From Paraphysomonas bandaiensis (taxonomy: Eukaryota > Protista > Chrysophyceae), in contig CBFFRP010000123.1 in the NCBI GenBank assembly GCA_965644295.1, positions 1-64,000 on the forward strand: a DNA stretch of 64,000 nucleotides, given 5' to 3'. The translations under genes and the position numbers were made by a program. A model generated the notes under the pieces. The model worked only from the letters and a program-made list of their open reading frames with translations. It did not search any database and was not told the origin of the DNA. This document shows, piece by piece, positions 13,075 through 25,881 of the stretch. Position 1 is the first letter of the stretch. Each line of letters opens with the position of its first letter.

Positions 13075-13592
13075 CAAGGCTGTGTAACAATTAATTGCAA
13101 TTTAATTGCAAGTGTTTTTTTTGAAATTAAATTGCAATTATTAGTTATAACTACAATCCTGCAGTGTCTTGTGAGACAGGATCGGAAGAACATGATTGCC
13201 ACACTACTTATATATTATATATATCTAAAACTAGAAGGGTATTAAGCATTACATATATACTATGGATCTAGCTCAACTAAGTTTTGCAGGTCATAATCGA
13301 CCGTTCAAAGAAACAGTACCTCTCTTAAAATGTAAGTAAAACGTTATAATGAGAGGCCAACCTTCCCACCAATGTAATAGCCATGAAGGGCAATAAATGA
13401 CCATCGCCCTTAATGTTTTCCAACTTCTATTTCTAATGTTATGTGCTCTTATACTATAGTTAGTAATTGCCAATTAATTGCAATTTAATTGCAACCTTCC
13501 AGCGAGCAATTATAATTGCAATTATTACATATATCCCATGCAATTAAATTGCAATTACAATTAATTGCAATATTAATTGTTACGCAGCCCTG
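13075..13592. mobile_element. 518-bp hAT-type MITE
   Basis: Imperfect TIRs CAAGGCTGTGTAACAATTAAT / ATTAATTGTTACGCAGCCCTG; 8-bp TSD TTCAATAG (13067-13074, 13593-13600); subterminal AATTGCAATT repeats. Confidence 0.9.
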
Positions 13593-13644
13593 TTCAATAG
13601 AAACTCACTTCTGTATTAATAACTCGTGAATATGTCTTATTTTG

Positions 13645-14050
13645 TTAGCAATAGACGTTTAAGAGTCAGTGCTTAACTCTGATATTCCACTATTTATTTA
13701 ATGCTGCAAAAGCTGCTTGTGCGTCACCACAAGCACCAAGGTACAACCACTCCGCTCTATCACTCAAAGCAAACGACTTCAGTGTTTTGGGGTCTTTAAG
13801 GTCCTTCAGCAGGCAGCCTTGTCCCGAGTGCCTGTTTATTCACCAAGACCCAAAGACGTCTCTACTACACAAGTGAGACTTACTAGCGTCTCTTGTACCC
13901 CACAACCATTAGGCTATGAATGGGCAGAAAATTATCTACTGACTATATACTATAATATACCATATACTACCTTTGCCGCTCACGTTAATTTTTCCCGGAG
14001 AAAATTAATCTCCGGTACATATCCCCCAGAACAAAGAACACCACGACAAG
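13645..14050. repeat. Diverged dispersed repeat, copy A (inverted partner at ~47607-48130)
   Basis: Shared blocks such as TTGTGCGTCACC.CAAGCAC.AAGGT.CAACCAC, TACACAAGTGA.ACTTA, GCTATGA.TGGGCAGAA, ATCCCCCAGAAC. Confidence 0.75.
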
Positions 14051-14615
14051 GTGCGGGCCGATTCTATTGAGGGAGCCATATAATATAGACAACTATATCT
14101 TCAGGTATTGGGGGTAGGAGGTGGTATATGTACGTGTTCTTTCAGTTTCCTTGCCTGAGAGTAATTGTTTATTGAACGACTTGCTCCATGATACTTCGGT
14201 TTTGCTTTATACATTCTGCAAGCTCTGTAATCGTATGTGCAATTAATAAGAACTCAAACTACCAATACTGAATCCCTTGTTACTCTGACTAGTAGGTCAC
14301 CACAATAATAGAAAGCACTATGACACTAGTAGTCCTATAAGTTGATCGCCATTATTTATTACTATTACGAGCAAAATTCTAAATACATAACCCTACAGCA
14401 ACTGTATCAATAATGTTCATACATAGCATTATGAATATAAGAATACATAGCATTAAGTATTGTTCTACCGTCAAAATTATATTAAACGGAACAGTCACTT
14501 TCGAGGATAACATTTCCTGTAGATGGAACGTGGTGCAATCTTAAACACCGACCACGCATAGTATAGAGGCTGGTCTATATACGTACTTGCAAACAGCACA
14601 TATGCAGACTAAATT

Positions 14616-17296
14616 CTAAAACTTTGCAAAGTGATCTTGACTGCCAATATAATCCCCCACAAAATCCTCCTCCTCATATTCATCGAAGTTGCTGCTATCA
14701 AGAGGGTTACCGATTGGTGGCGTGTATGGGGCACGGGCGGTGCGTTGGTTGATGGCATTCCAATCGATTGATGCAAAAAAAGGGTCATTCATAATATCCT
14801 TTGTCCCACCATTCAGATTTCCTAAGCGGAACGTAGGGTTGATGGTCAGTAGCTTTTTAACAATTGCCACCAACTGTGGGTCGATCTTAGGAGGAAATGA
14901 AAGATTCTTCTCGGCAGCGACGATATTCTGAAATATTTTGGTCGTGTAGTCAGCCTGAAAAGGAGTGCGTGAGAGATACAACTCATACACCAGGCAACCG
15001 AAGGCCCAGTAGTCTACGCTCTTGTCGTATCCCTTGGACATGACAATCTCTGGGGCCAGGTACTCTGGAGTGCCACAGAGGGTGTATGTCTTGTCTTGTT
15101 TTTGACCATTCTTCATAAACGGAAACTTTTTAGCAAATCCAAAATCGATTACTTTGATATATCCCAAACTATCAATAAGCAAATTCTCAGGTTTAAGGTC
15201 TCTGTACGCTATACTCCTCTCGTGAAGATGCTTGAACGCCAGTAGAACATTCGCTGCATAGAACTTGACTGCGGTCATCTCGAATCCCCCAGCTGTAGAT
15301 CGAGGCACTGTATCAGTCTTCTCATATATGTACGACCACAGTTCGCCTCCTTGAATGAATTCCATCAGCATAAATATCTGATTGGGATGATTATATGTCT
15401 GTAACAGAGCGAGCACAAAAGGGCAACTCGAACATTCAAATAGGAGATTCTTCTCGGCCATTATGTTCTTCTCTTGATGAGAAGCCACCACCTCAGTCTT
15501 GTTCATGCATTTTAGAGCACAAACCGCACCAGACGGTACATGCTGTACCACCTTGACGCGGCCAAAGGTCCCCGTCCCGATGGTCCGCATCATTCGCAAG
15601 TCTTCAAAACGGTAGTCAGTGCGCGGTCCGACGACCTTCGTATCCTCTTCCTCCGCATTGGCATTGGAAGATTCGCGACGAGACATTTCGGTCTTAAGAT
15701 CTTCTTGCACGTCACTAAGCAATGCCTGAAAGTTCTTCCTCTCCAGTACCAGACACTCCACAGGACCAACTGCAATGACATTGGCTTTTCTAGGTTCATT
15801 GGTAATAAGTGCACGCTCTCCAAAAAACTCCTGCGGTGTGAGTCGAATTAGCTCCTCCTCTTTTCCGCCCCCATTTGAGCGTGTACACTTTACCTCGCCC
15901 TCATTAATGATGTAGAACCGCGAGCCCTCTTCGCCCTGCCGAATGATATATGCCTTATCAGGAAAAGCCTGAACCCGCATAACTCCGGCTAGACGTATCA
16001 GCTTGCTCTCCGGAAGACGAGAGAGCAACGGTACACTCTGAAGAATACGAATGCGCATTCGGCGGGCAAGGACATCCTGCACTGGACCGAGGAGCATGTC
16101 GAATTTGTTACGATCCAGGGAAAGACATTTCACTTTGCCCACTGCAATACAATTCGCATGCCGAGACTCATCCAACATCAACGCCATTTCACCAAAGTAG
16201 TCGCCCGCCCGCAGAGTTCTACACATACTGAAATGAAAACAAGATACGGTATCTAATCGCTATGCACTCACAGGAGCTCTATTTCTCGACCACTGGATTT
16301 CAATTGTGTGCACTTTACTTGCCCATCCTCAATAATATAAAAGCAGTCCCCAATATCGCCTTGTCGGATGATATGCTCATCCGGTTCAAAAGAACAGCTC
16401 TCCAGGGCGCCTGCAAGTTTGCTGATCTGGTCGTTGGAGAGAGGATCCAAGAAAGGACATTTCTTGAGGAACTCACAGCGATGCACCATCTTAGAAGAGG
16501 AAGTTGTAGCCAGAATATAACGAAAGGTTCTAATTAACAAAAAGTGAGTTCTAACCTAGAATATATCGCATGTATACCTTAAATCCAGTGCCCATAGCTT
16601 GCATGTGCTTGTTGAGATGACAGAGGCGGCACGTGCGGTGTTGTATATTAGTGCCAGCTCCCCAAAGCATCCGCCTGGGCCATATGTAAAGACCGTTCCT
16701 ACACCCTCTACGCTGGCCTCTGCGCTCCCTGTCTCTAAACAATAGAAAAGGTCCCCCAGATCACCCTGGCGGATAATAACCTCATTCATATCTGAAGTTA
16801 GTGGCCGCATACAATCAATAATTCTGCTCATGTCTTCATCTCCTAGACTCTCAAACAAGTAATGAGCAGAGAGAGCTCCACGCAAAAACTCCCTGGAGGC
16901 CTCGGGTTTGGCGTAGACTGTGAGCTGTCTAGAGGTGTCCGGTGAGTACGCATCCGAGCTGTTGTAGATTTGTACACGGCGAGCTGGCACCTGCTGTTTG
17001 TCCTCTTTACCTACATTAAAGAACAATTAACCATTCCGATATAACTACAACACACATCCAGCATACTAAACATATCGTCGTTATACTCATATATACCTTT
17101 AGCACTTGGTTTATTCGTATGACTTTTAGCCATTGCAGTAGGATCATATCTATTAGGAGTTGATTTCAATCCTTCAACTCCTTCTACTTTATCAGTAGCT
17201 TTATTCTTCTATAAGTGTATGTATCATACATATATATATATATGTATATAAGGGACTTACATTAGAGCTTAAATAGCGTTGATAAAACCGTGACAT
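14616..17296 (-). CDS. Cyclic-nucleotide-dependent protein kinase (PKG architecture: three cNMP-binding domains + AGC kinase)
   Basis: Multi-exon, likely starting MSRFYQ at 17296; three FGExAL..R cassettes; GTGTFG, YRDLKPEN, DFGFAK, TLCGTPEYLAPE; AGC tail SNFDEY. Confidence 0.92.
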
Positions 17297-17686
17297 TATA
17301 AGAAATCTTTTATTAAGGGTGTTATAATATGCAGTGTTGACAATAAGGAGTGTATTAGTAGACAACTTGATGATATATGCATCTATATATAAGTGTAGAT
17401 CTCTATATGATAGAGCTGCATACATATGTATGTATGGTACTATACATGCATGTATTTGCATACACGTACAGCAGTGGTGTATGTATATACGTGGATATTG
17501 AGAGAGAAGGATCCATATAGAAGCCAAAAAACGTTCTATCTGATTATTCAATCTACAAGTTGTAGTACGATGTATTTATCCTACTCAATACTAGTAGATA
17601 GATATGATGTACCTATGTACAACAGCAGTATCCATACTCCGGTACACTGTGGTATAGTACATACTCTGCTGTACCTCATCATCGGC

Positions 17687-17814
17687 ATCCTTTGTATATT
17701 TTTGTTCAAATATGCCTCTAATATTGAGGCAATAATTATCTGTATTCCAGCCGTAGTTGTGTTGCAGAAATGTAGGTAATTTGTGAATCAATTTATTTAC
17801 GAAAAATAAGATGC
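17687..17814. repeat. ~128-bp dispersed repeat, copy 1 (partner 51485-51612)
   Basis: Shared GTATATTTTTGTTCAAA.ATGCCTCTAATATTGAG.CAA.AATTATCTGTAT.CCAGCCGTAGTT...TTTATTTACGAAAAATAAGATGC. Confidence 0.8.
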
Positions 17815-18664
17815 TGAATACCGATACGAGTAACATGGCTCCAATAGAGAAGTAGCAGTGGACACATATATCCATAGATACACACAGTGTCAAGCATACA
17901 GCTCATATATTCCAATTGTTTTCATGAATTGAAGAGCATAGATACTCAGTGTTCCTCCAGTGTATTGGTTTATGATTCAGCTGAATCATTAGTATTGTTA
18001 GAGAGATATGTCTGTGAATATAGATACATAACCATAAATATATAGATATATAGTGTATGTGACTAAGATTATAATATAATATCGTGTCATAAACCTTAAA
18101 ACGTGGATACTATGTGAAGTATATTACCATTACTTTCGATCGCAGGGAGACTTTGAAAACGGTTACTTCGGACAGAAGCTAATTGAATGACAGGAATGAT
18201 CGTGAGTTTCGATGAGTGACATGGAGTTTTTGGCATTGTAAAGCAAAAATGTGTGGATCACTCGATCGAAGCTTTGTTTACATATTTGGAACGTAGTTTG
18301 AACTTAGAAAAGCATGAAACAGTTCATAGAAAATAAATATAGCTTAGAGCTTCCATTGACTGTGGTTTGCTTCAATAATGATAATAATATGCTGTCATCT
18401 GTTTCACTTCTAACCCACGATGTGTATTATATACAATATACATTACAACACAACACTCTTTGATAGACAATAGACACATAAATAGTAGACGTCGTAAATG
18501 AAACTTGTGAGCTAAATTAATGAATTAAAATGTTAAAATGAGTTCTAAACTGTATGCATGACACCTAACCATGTCATTACAGAGAAAATAGGTTGGTGTT
18601 TATTCTAATTTCCAGGCCAACAACAGATAACAAAACTACGACAAAATTCACACGCGAAACCGTG

Positions 18665-19927
18665 TTACTTGCTTGACGGTGATGATAAGATTGGAGCCTG
18701 GGGCACATGGGGCACACTTCGTTTAAAATCGGGTATGACTTTTGCGAGCCTTTCGGCATTGCGCGTGATCCATAGTAGAAATTTAACATTTTGTTGAGGT
18801 GCAGCCTCTTTCATGATGCGCCCGCATGCTCTATCAAACAATGCGTGCTTCTTTTCTATCGCACTCTTCAGAATTTTAATAAGTCCCATGGACTCTTTTA
18901 GCTGCTCAAGAAAGCTAATTGCTTGTATCCTAGGTGTTCCAGAGTTAGATATCCAACGAATGTATATAATATTCAATGTATATATATTTCATACCTATGC
19001 TTCTTCAAAGTTTTCATTTGATCGTCCGTAATATCAAGCTCCTTGGCAAGAATGTCGAACATAGGGCTGTGACCTGCTTCTGCATGTTGCGAGTCCTGCT
19101 GCATTGTCCATATGGCCATCTTCGTTGTCTGTGTGGGGAGCAATAACTTTTCCAATTGAGAGAGATGAAAGGCAACCTAGAAAAAATATTACATGTACAC
19201 AGCGGAATATATAATCTCCGTTAATTACCTCTTTCTGTCGATAAGACCCATAGTCCGCATAAAGATCAACAAATTTTCCTAGTAGTGCCTCAAGCTCTGG
19301 TTCGGAGTCTGAGCTACTCATTCCATTTAGTTTGGCAGTCATCGCTCGCTCCATATCGAGTCGTTGGCGCTGCACTTCAGTTGTGCGCTGCGTCACATTT
19401 TGAAGGTGAGCCTGAAGCTCCGCGTTTTCGTTCTTTAAAGCCGCTATTCGTCGCTCAGTTTCTTCCACACGCTGGCGCTGGCGTTGGCGGGATTCCTTGG
19501 CAAGTTCACGACTGCGAGTACCTTTCCGCTTTTGACCAGCAACTTTATTATCGCTGACACTTCCGGTATCATCATCTCCCCCTTTTACTTCTGCTTGAGG
19601 GGGTTGGTAGTACATCGTTGGGGCTTGAGGTTGGTGTGGTTGAGGGTGCGAGTGGGAGCTCGGTAGTGGATGCTGCAGATGCAGCATTTGGGAAGGGTCC
19701 GTCGGGACGTGGCCATGATAATTTCCATACTGTGGAGGGTGAGAGTACTGCATCTGATGAACAGGAGTCATTAGTGGTTGGATTGCATGGTCCTGCGGCT
19801 GAGCCTGTACTGGTACAGGAGGATTGTTCGGTGCAGTGGCATTGGACCCACGAGAGTCAAGGTCTAACAATATCCACGACAAAAAGTCATCTGTAATAAT
19901 ATGTTCTTCTTGATCGGCCACTTCCAT
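18665..19927 (-). CDS. bZIP transcription factor
   Basis: Basic region RSRELAKESRQRQRQR followed by heptads IAALKNENAELQAHL; Gln/Pro/His-rich N-terminus; about three exons. Confidence 0.8.
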
Positions 19928-20504
19928 GACTTGAATGTATTAGGCCTCTTATATATACTCTAAAGTATTGACACAATTGCTGATATAAGTAAAGTAATCA
20001 GATGATATAACTGATACTGAAATATTCTATAACAGGGATCAAATAGGTCCTCTGATACTTTAATTCACTATATATAACTGAGCTATAAACTCATCATTTA
20101 CTTCTTACTAATCCTTATAAATACCTTCACAATATAATAGAAATGAATTGAATGGAAAACTTCTTAAAGAATTTTTTATATATACAAAAACTATAGAGAT
20201 CCATATGATGGGTGCCTATGTATGGACTCCAAGGGGTTTGCGTCATATAGTGTTGTGTGGGTGAGGGTGGTCTGTATTTTGAAAACAGAGAATACATTGT
20301 ATTCTATGATGAAAGGTATACCATAAATAGTGTAGGGTGGTATGTAGTCTGTCACTATGTATAATTGTATAACATATATGTATGTATGTACATGGTGTAT
20401 GTATATGTCTGCATGCATGCATGATACTCTAGTACTATATCATAGTTATGTATAATTCATTGCAATATAAGTTGCAATAATTTCTAATCCTTATCAAATA
20501 AAGC

Positions 20505-22183
20505 ATGGCAGACGAAACTATGAAAGAATTATTTGGTAGTGATGATGATTCATCAGAGGATTCTCCAGTTAATAAACCTGAGGAAGATACTACTATGAAG
20601 GATTTATTTGGTGATGATGATGATGATGATGATAGTAAAGAGAATGAAGATCAGAGTAATCCACAACCACAATCATCACCTGAACCACAAGTTCCAACAA
20701 GAGAACAAACTATTGAAAAAGAAAAATCTGAAATGGATGAGTTGTTTGGGTCAGATGATGAAGGAGGTACTCATGCAACTACTCTCGTTACCAGACCAGA
20801 GTATAGTGCCCCTAGTCATTCGACATTATGTATAACGAAAAATCGCCGCATGTCAGATGATCCACAAATACTTTTACGAACACCAAATTTTCTTAAAATT
20901 CAGTCGACTGCATTCGATCCCGCTACTTACAATGGAGATCTGGAGAATGAATTATTTCCACAGGCAACGTCTGTTATCCGTTGGCGATACAAGACGAATA
21001 GTTTGGGCGAGAAAATTATTGGTGCCGACGGCAAACCAATACGCGAGAGCAATGCACGACTAGTGAAGTGGTCGGATGGTTCGTACCAACTAGTGGTAGG
21101 TGACGAGGTTTTCAACGCAGGGGTGCTTCCTCAAACGGATAGGTATTGCATCATGTGTTTCTGTTTTTACTGGTAGTAATTTTTCTCGTATAGCTTCATT
21201 TATGCGCACCGCAAGAGCGTCCTTCCGACGAACACACCTGACGAACCAGAAACTGACTCGCAACAAGAAATGAAAACACAGACCTGTTTGCAGTGTGTTG
21301 GTCACAATGGTTGGAAGATGAACCTGCAGCCCACGTCTGTGGACTCTGTTTCCCATGAGCGCATGTCACTCATAATGAATGAGAAATTTCGCAAACAGAC
21401 CAAGTGCGTATACTAGTATCGTTCATTTCTGTGTATATGTGATTTTTTGTTGTTGCAATTACTCGTAGAGTCAAGAAAGCCAGCGACTTTGAAATCACTG
21501 GAGATCCTGAGAAAGATGCAGAGGCTCGTGCAGCAGCATTCGACGAGGCAATTCGAAAGGAACGCAGGCGTAAACGGCAGGAGATGGCTTCCGAGGGCCG
21601 GGGTGTCTATAGAAGGTCTGGAGGAGTAGGGGGCGCAGCGATGAGCGCTGCATATCTACAACAGGGCATGGAGGACGATGACCAGTATGATAGTACTAGT
21701 CTCCGGGATATAAAGCGGGGTAAAGTAAAGGCACCAGTCCGGCCTAGATATGATTCCGAGGATGAAGATGATGACGGTGATTACGGTGATGAAGAAGAGA
21801 TGAAAGGATTTATAGTAAATGATGACGAAGAGGGGGAAGAAGGGTGGGGTGATGAGGACGCAGAATATGAGGAAGAGGGGCCGGTGTCCAGTAAGAAGTC
21901 CAAACCGTCGTCGAAACGCACTGAAAAGGTTTTGACTTATTTCTTTCTGTATTTACAAATTGGATCATATTCTTTTCCACAGGTCAGAGAAAGGAGTTCT
22001 AGCGAAGAACTTGATGACGGTGAAGATGAAGATGGGTCTGTTGAGAGGAAGCGTCCTAATGCCAATAGCGTAGCTGTGAGTGATGATGATGACGAAGATA
22101 ATGATCTTTCGGTCAAAACATCCGTCCCAATGCGTAAGAGAGCCAAGCGCGCCATTGTAGAGAGTGACGATGAAGATATTTAA
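20505..22183 (+). CDS. LEO1: RNA polymerase II-associated PAF1 complex subunit LEO1
   Basis: Repeated ELFGSDD-type motifs; Leo1 signature IRWR...ESNARLVKWSDGSYQLVVGDEVF; acidic C-terminus; multi-exon. Confidence 0.9.
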
Positions 22184-23078
22184 TCATTAATCTCGAATCT
22201 AATTGCTTGTTTGGTGTCATAAAACGGACTATGGCATCACTGTGAGTATTAGTGTTTGTAATCTACGTTATATACTCTATAGGCTATTATAATGAAAGGA
22301 TTGAAATTAACCATTATACAGAGACAGTTTTGTGTGGAATGTAGTCCTTTATTTATTAAGATTTCGTCGGATTGTCACTGTACCCCGACTTTCGCTCCCA
22401 ACTAGTATTCTATGCCCTACACCCTACATTACTGCACTAAAGAAGTAATGACTGAATGGAATAGAATTCAACTTACAAATATTAAGTAATTTCTTGGTAC
22501 TTGCCATCATATCATGCCACTCAAGAGATGTCGTAGATCTACAAGAACAGTGTACTATGGCACATGATACACGATACACTAAACACTAAACTTCACACTG
22601 CGCCTTTTCACCTCAAACAAGTATAGATCCGGTGATAAATACGTACTATGTGTAGTCAACACCAGTCAACATGGTAACTAAAAAGGGTTAGTCGTAATAA
22701 TTACTACTAGCTCAAGGGAAACTCTCTAGACTAATACGATACACTTGTTCAGCTCATACGCTCATACATAGGTAACCTCAACGAGTACACGTCGGCAGTA
22801 TGAGAGTGGATGAAAAGTATCTTCTAGTAACGTAGTAGCAGAAGTAAAGTTGAAGAAATAAACAAGCAAGTATCTAAGTCCCAGATACAATATTTTCGTA
22901 TAGAAATTGTCATCACATTATGTATTATAAAACCAAACAAGTATTACGAAGAGTACGAAAATAGTAGAGCGAGACATTGACAACTACCGTAGCAGTAGAA
23001 CAGCGCGTTGAATACCCCTTGAAGGTTGGATTTTCGAAGTGCAACGAAAGGAGGGAATATATATATCATTTGCTTAAA

Positions 23079-23873
23079 TCAGAAAGCTTCATCGTCTTGG
23101 CTTGGGATGTCCATGTCGCTGAAATCGTCATCGTCCTGTCCTCCGTATGGATCATCCTCATCTTCATCTCCATACTTTCCCGCTTCCTTCAACACACTAA
23201 ACAAAGCTATAACCCACCAACACTACATAGCTTTACATAATCACGCACCTCCTTGCCATACAAGTGAAATAGCATATCCGCTTGAGCTCCTTGTTAAAAA
23301 GGAAAAAATTAAAAGACCAAAGAGTGCCATCGCTAAATGGGTCTTCATTCATGTCAGGTACGTACGAGTAAATTTCGCAATTCCGAAGGCTGATTACCTA
23401 AAAAACACCCATTATCATTAAATATTCGAAATAATATCTTAACACCCGACCTCATCAATGGAATTCCACATCTCTTCCAGAATGGAAGGATTACTCGCCG
23501 TGAGTTCAGCCAGGTGCGAATTCGCACAGTGTAAGGCATACTTCAAATCCCGTTGTACAAAAGCCTCAGGCGACACCGTCGAAAAATCATAATCAGGAAA
23601 AGAAGCATTGAGTGTGCTTATTAAGTCTATCAATAGACGCCTCGTAGACACTTCATTTAAATCTCCAAGTGATGTTGACCTCTTCCTAGAAGGAGGAGAA
23701 TGGGACATCTCTTCCACCATTTTAGCTTCTAACACTTTCGATAGTCTTTTATCTTCTCCAGCACGTTTACATGAGAATGCTTCGATTCTACCATCTAATA
23801 CACATCCTCCCATTTCTCTTCCTGTTAAGAAATTAGAAAAATATTCTAATCCAGCATTCTCTAAATATTTCAT
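23079..23873 (-). CDS. MAF1: Repressor of RNA polymerase III transcription MAF1
   Basis: MKYLE, GRIEAFSCKRAGEDKRL, LISTLNASFPDYDFS motifs; acidic tail ending DDEAF*; three exons. Confidence 0.93.
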
Positions 23874-24321
23874 TGTTAATAGTTTGAGTTATTGTCAATT
23901 TTGAGGGAAATTGAATGCTATCTTGTATATACTTTAAATATAAGCTCTAACTTCAGTTCATATCAAGAGAAACTGTACATGTCAACACAGTTCAATAGGG
24001 AAAAATACGTACCATATGAAGAGGGAGGAATATTGTCAAAAATTGGCAAAAATCGAATTATGAATCTTGAAGGTGTAATCCGTACTACGGTATTGTACAT
24101 ATATATCTATATATATACTTACAATATGTATACAAGTATATGTCTACAAGTACGAAGTTGTAATAGGAAATGGATCATACGTACATACAGCAGCAGGAGA
24201 GGTACGTACATCTCACCTTACTATAATCCAGCCTGTATTAACCAACACCCCAAATAGTCACAGGCACAACTACACATCTCCATTTTTCTTTCCAACCTGT
24301 CACTAGCACATATATCCAACA

Positions 24322-25360
24322 ATGTTGTGTGAAATATCAAGTCAATATGGGTTTTTAGCAGTATGGTTATCTATGTCACTGTTAGGAGTGGTATGTTAAA
24401 TATCTCCATATATATACTTATTCTTACAATATTCCACATAGGTTTCTGTATTGACATTATCGGGAGCTGTATTTTTACCCTTTTATGCGTATCCGAGGTA
24501 TCCATATGGCTGTTTGTGAACTATCGGTTTAACACTTATATATGTGTTAGCTATGAGAAGTGGGTACGTAAATCGAATCCAAAGTTCCCCAGCCCCGAGC
24601 TTGTTCGCAAGGAAATAATCCAATCTCTCAAAGGCGTTGCAATTGGAGTAGTGTGCCCGGCTTTTGCGCTATACGCCTCCTACAGCGGTATGTTACATGG
24701 GTATTGTGGAGATCCGCATGGAGTTGGTGTTAGCGGACACTTACTCCAAACCCTTGTAATTATTGGCTTCTCTGATTTTGTCGAATATGCATATCACTGG
24801 TTGGGACACAGATATCATACCATGTGGAACGTGCACAAACATCATCATGTGTTTTACAACCCTACTCCCTTTGCAGTTATAGGTATGTGAAACATGAGAG
24901 TTGTGTTATCGTTTATACTGATATACTGCTTTTTCTCTCAGCTGACGAATTGGTGGACCAGTTTATGCGATCCTTACCTATGGTTATCCTTCCCGCTATG
25001 ATGCCTATCAATATCGACCTTTTGTTTACTATATATTCCACACTCTTCTACGGTTACGGTGTATACCTTCATTGGGGTTTCGAGTCCCCATATCTCTCCG
25101 CACACAACCCCATATTTAATACGAGCTACCATCACTACTCTCACCATGCAGTGTCTGTGATTGGGCGGCCAGTATACACTGGTTTCTTTTTCAAAATATG
25201 GGACAACCTCTTCAACACGTGCTCACCTTCTCCGTGCTCCTGCTACGAGTGTCGGCCAATGCGATCTAAGGCTGATTACGCCAAGGTAGTGAAACCTGAT
25301 TACTCAGTGTTACTGTCACCCTCTTTCTGGGCGACGGCATCAATGGACATCAAGGAGTGA
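24322..25360 (+). CDS. Fatty acid hydroxylase-superfamily enzyme, sterol C5-desaturase-like
   Basis: Three His boxes (HWLGH, HKHHH, HHYSHH) with hydrophobic segments; multi-exon; start MLCEISS at 24322 inferred. Confidence 0.82.
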
Positions 25361-25881
25361 TGCCGTTATGCGATATAACCTGTGCCTTATCTCTATGCGT
25401 AGTTGCAGCGTACCGCGAATACAGCAGCAACTACGAATATCTGATATTAGCGCCTTCTGATTGGATTCTAATATTCTATATGTTGTCACTCAGAATATTC
25501 TTAGCCTATGCGGCTACGACTGTCGTCTGGCTCTTGATACTACCAAGAGTATTTATGACACATTATGGCGCTCTAAAATAATCATATTATTATAATCTGT
25601 GATCTTAACGTACAGTGTAGCATGAAACCATCATATTGTATTTCTGCTTGTAAGAACGCAATACGTAGAAAACTAATCGATATGAAATATATGATCCATC
25701 GCTAAGTTTGACGAAATAGAAAGAAGTAGTAGCTATAAGAGTAGCTAGGATACGGATAACATCACCCTCACTTAATACTGAACTATACATAGAAGTTTGT
25801 ATTATCGGTTACGAATAGTTGAAAGCACTAAGACAAAACGTTTCACGGATATCCACAAAGCGTAATGAAACTATGTTAAAT

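Noticed and set aside
13717-14070. 117-aa ORF inside the dispersed repeat
   Set aside because: Non-ATG start, and the frame is not preserved in the second copy
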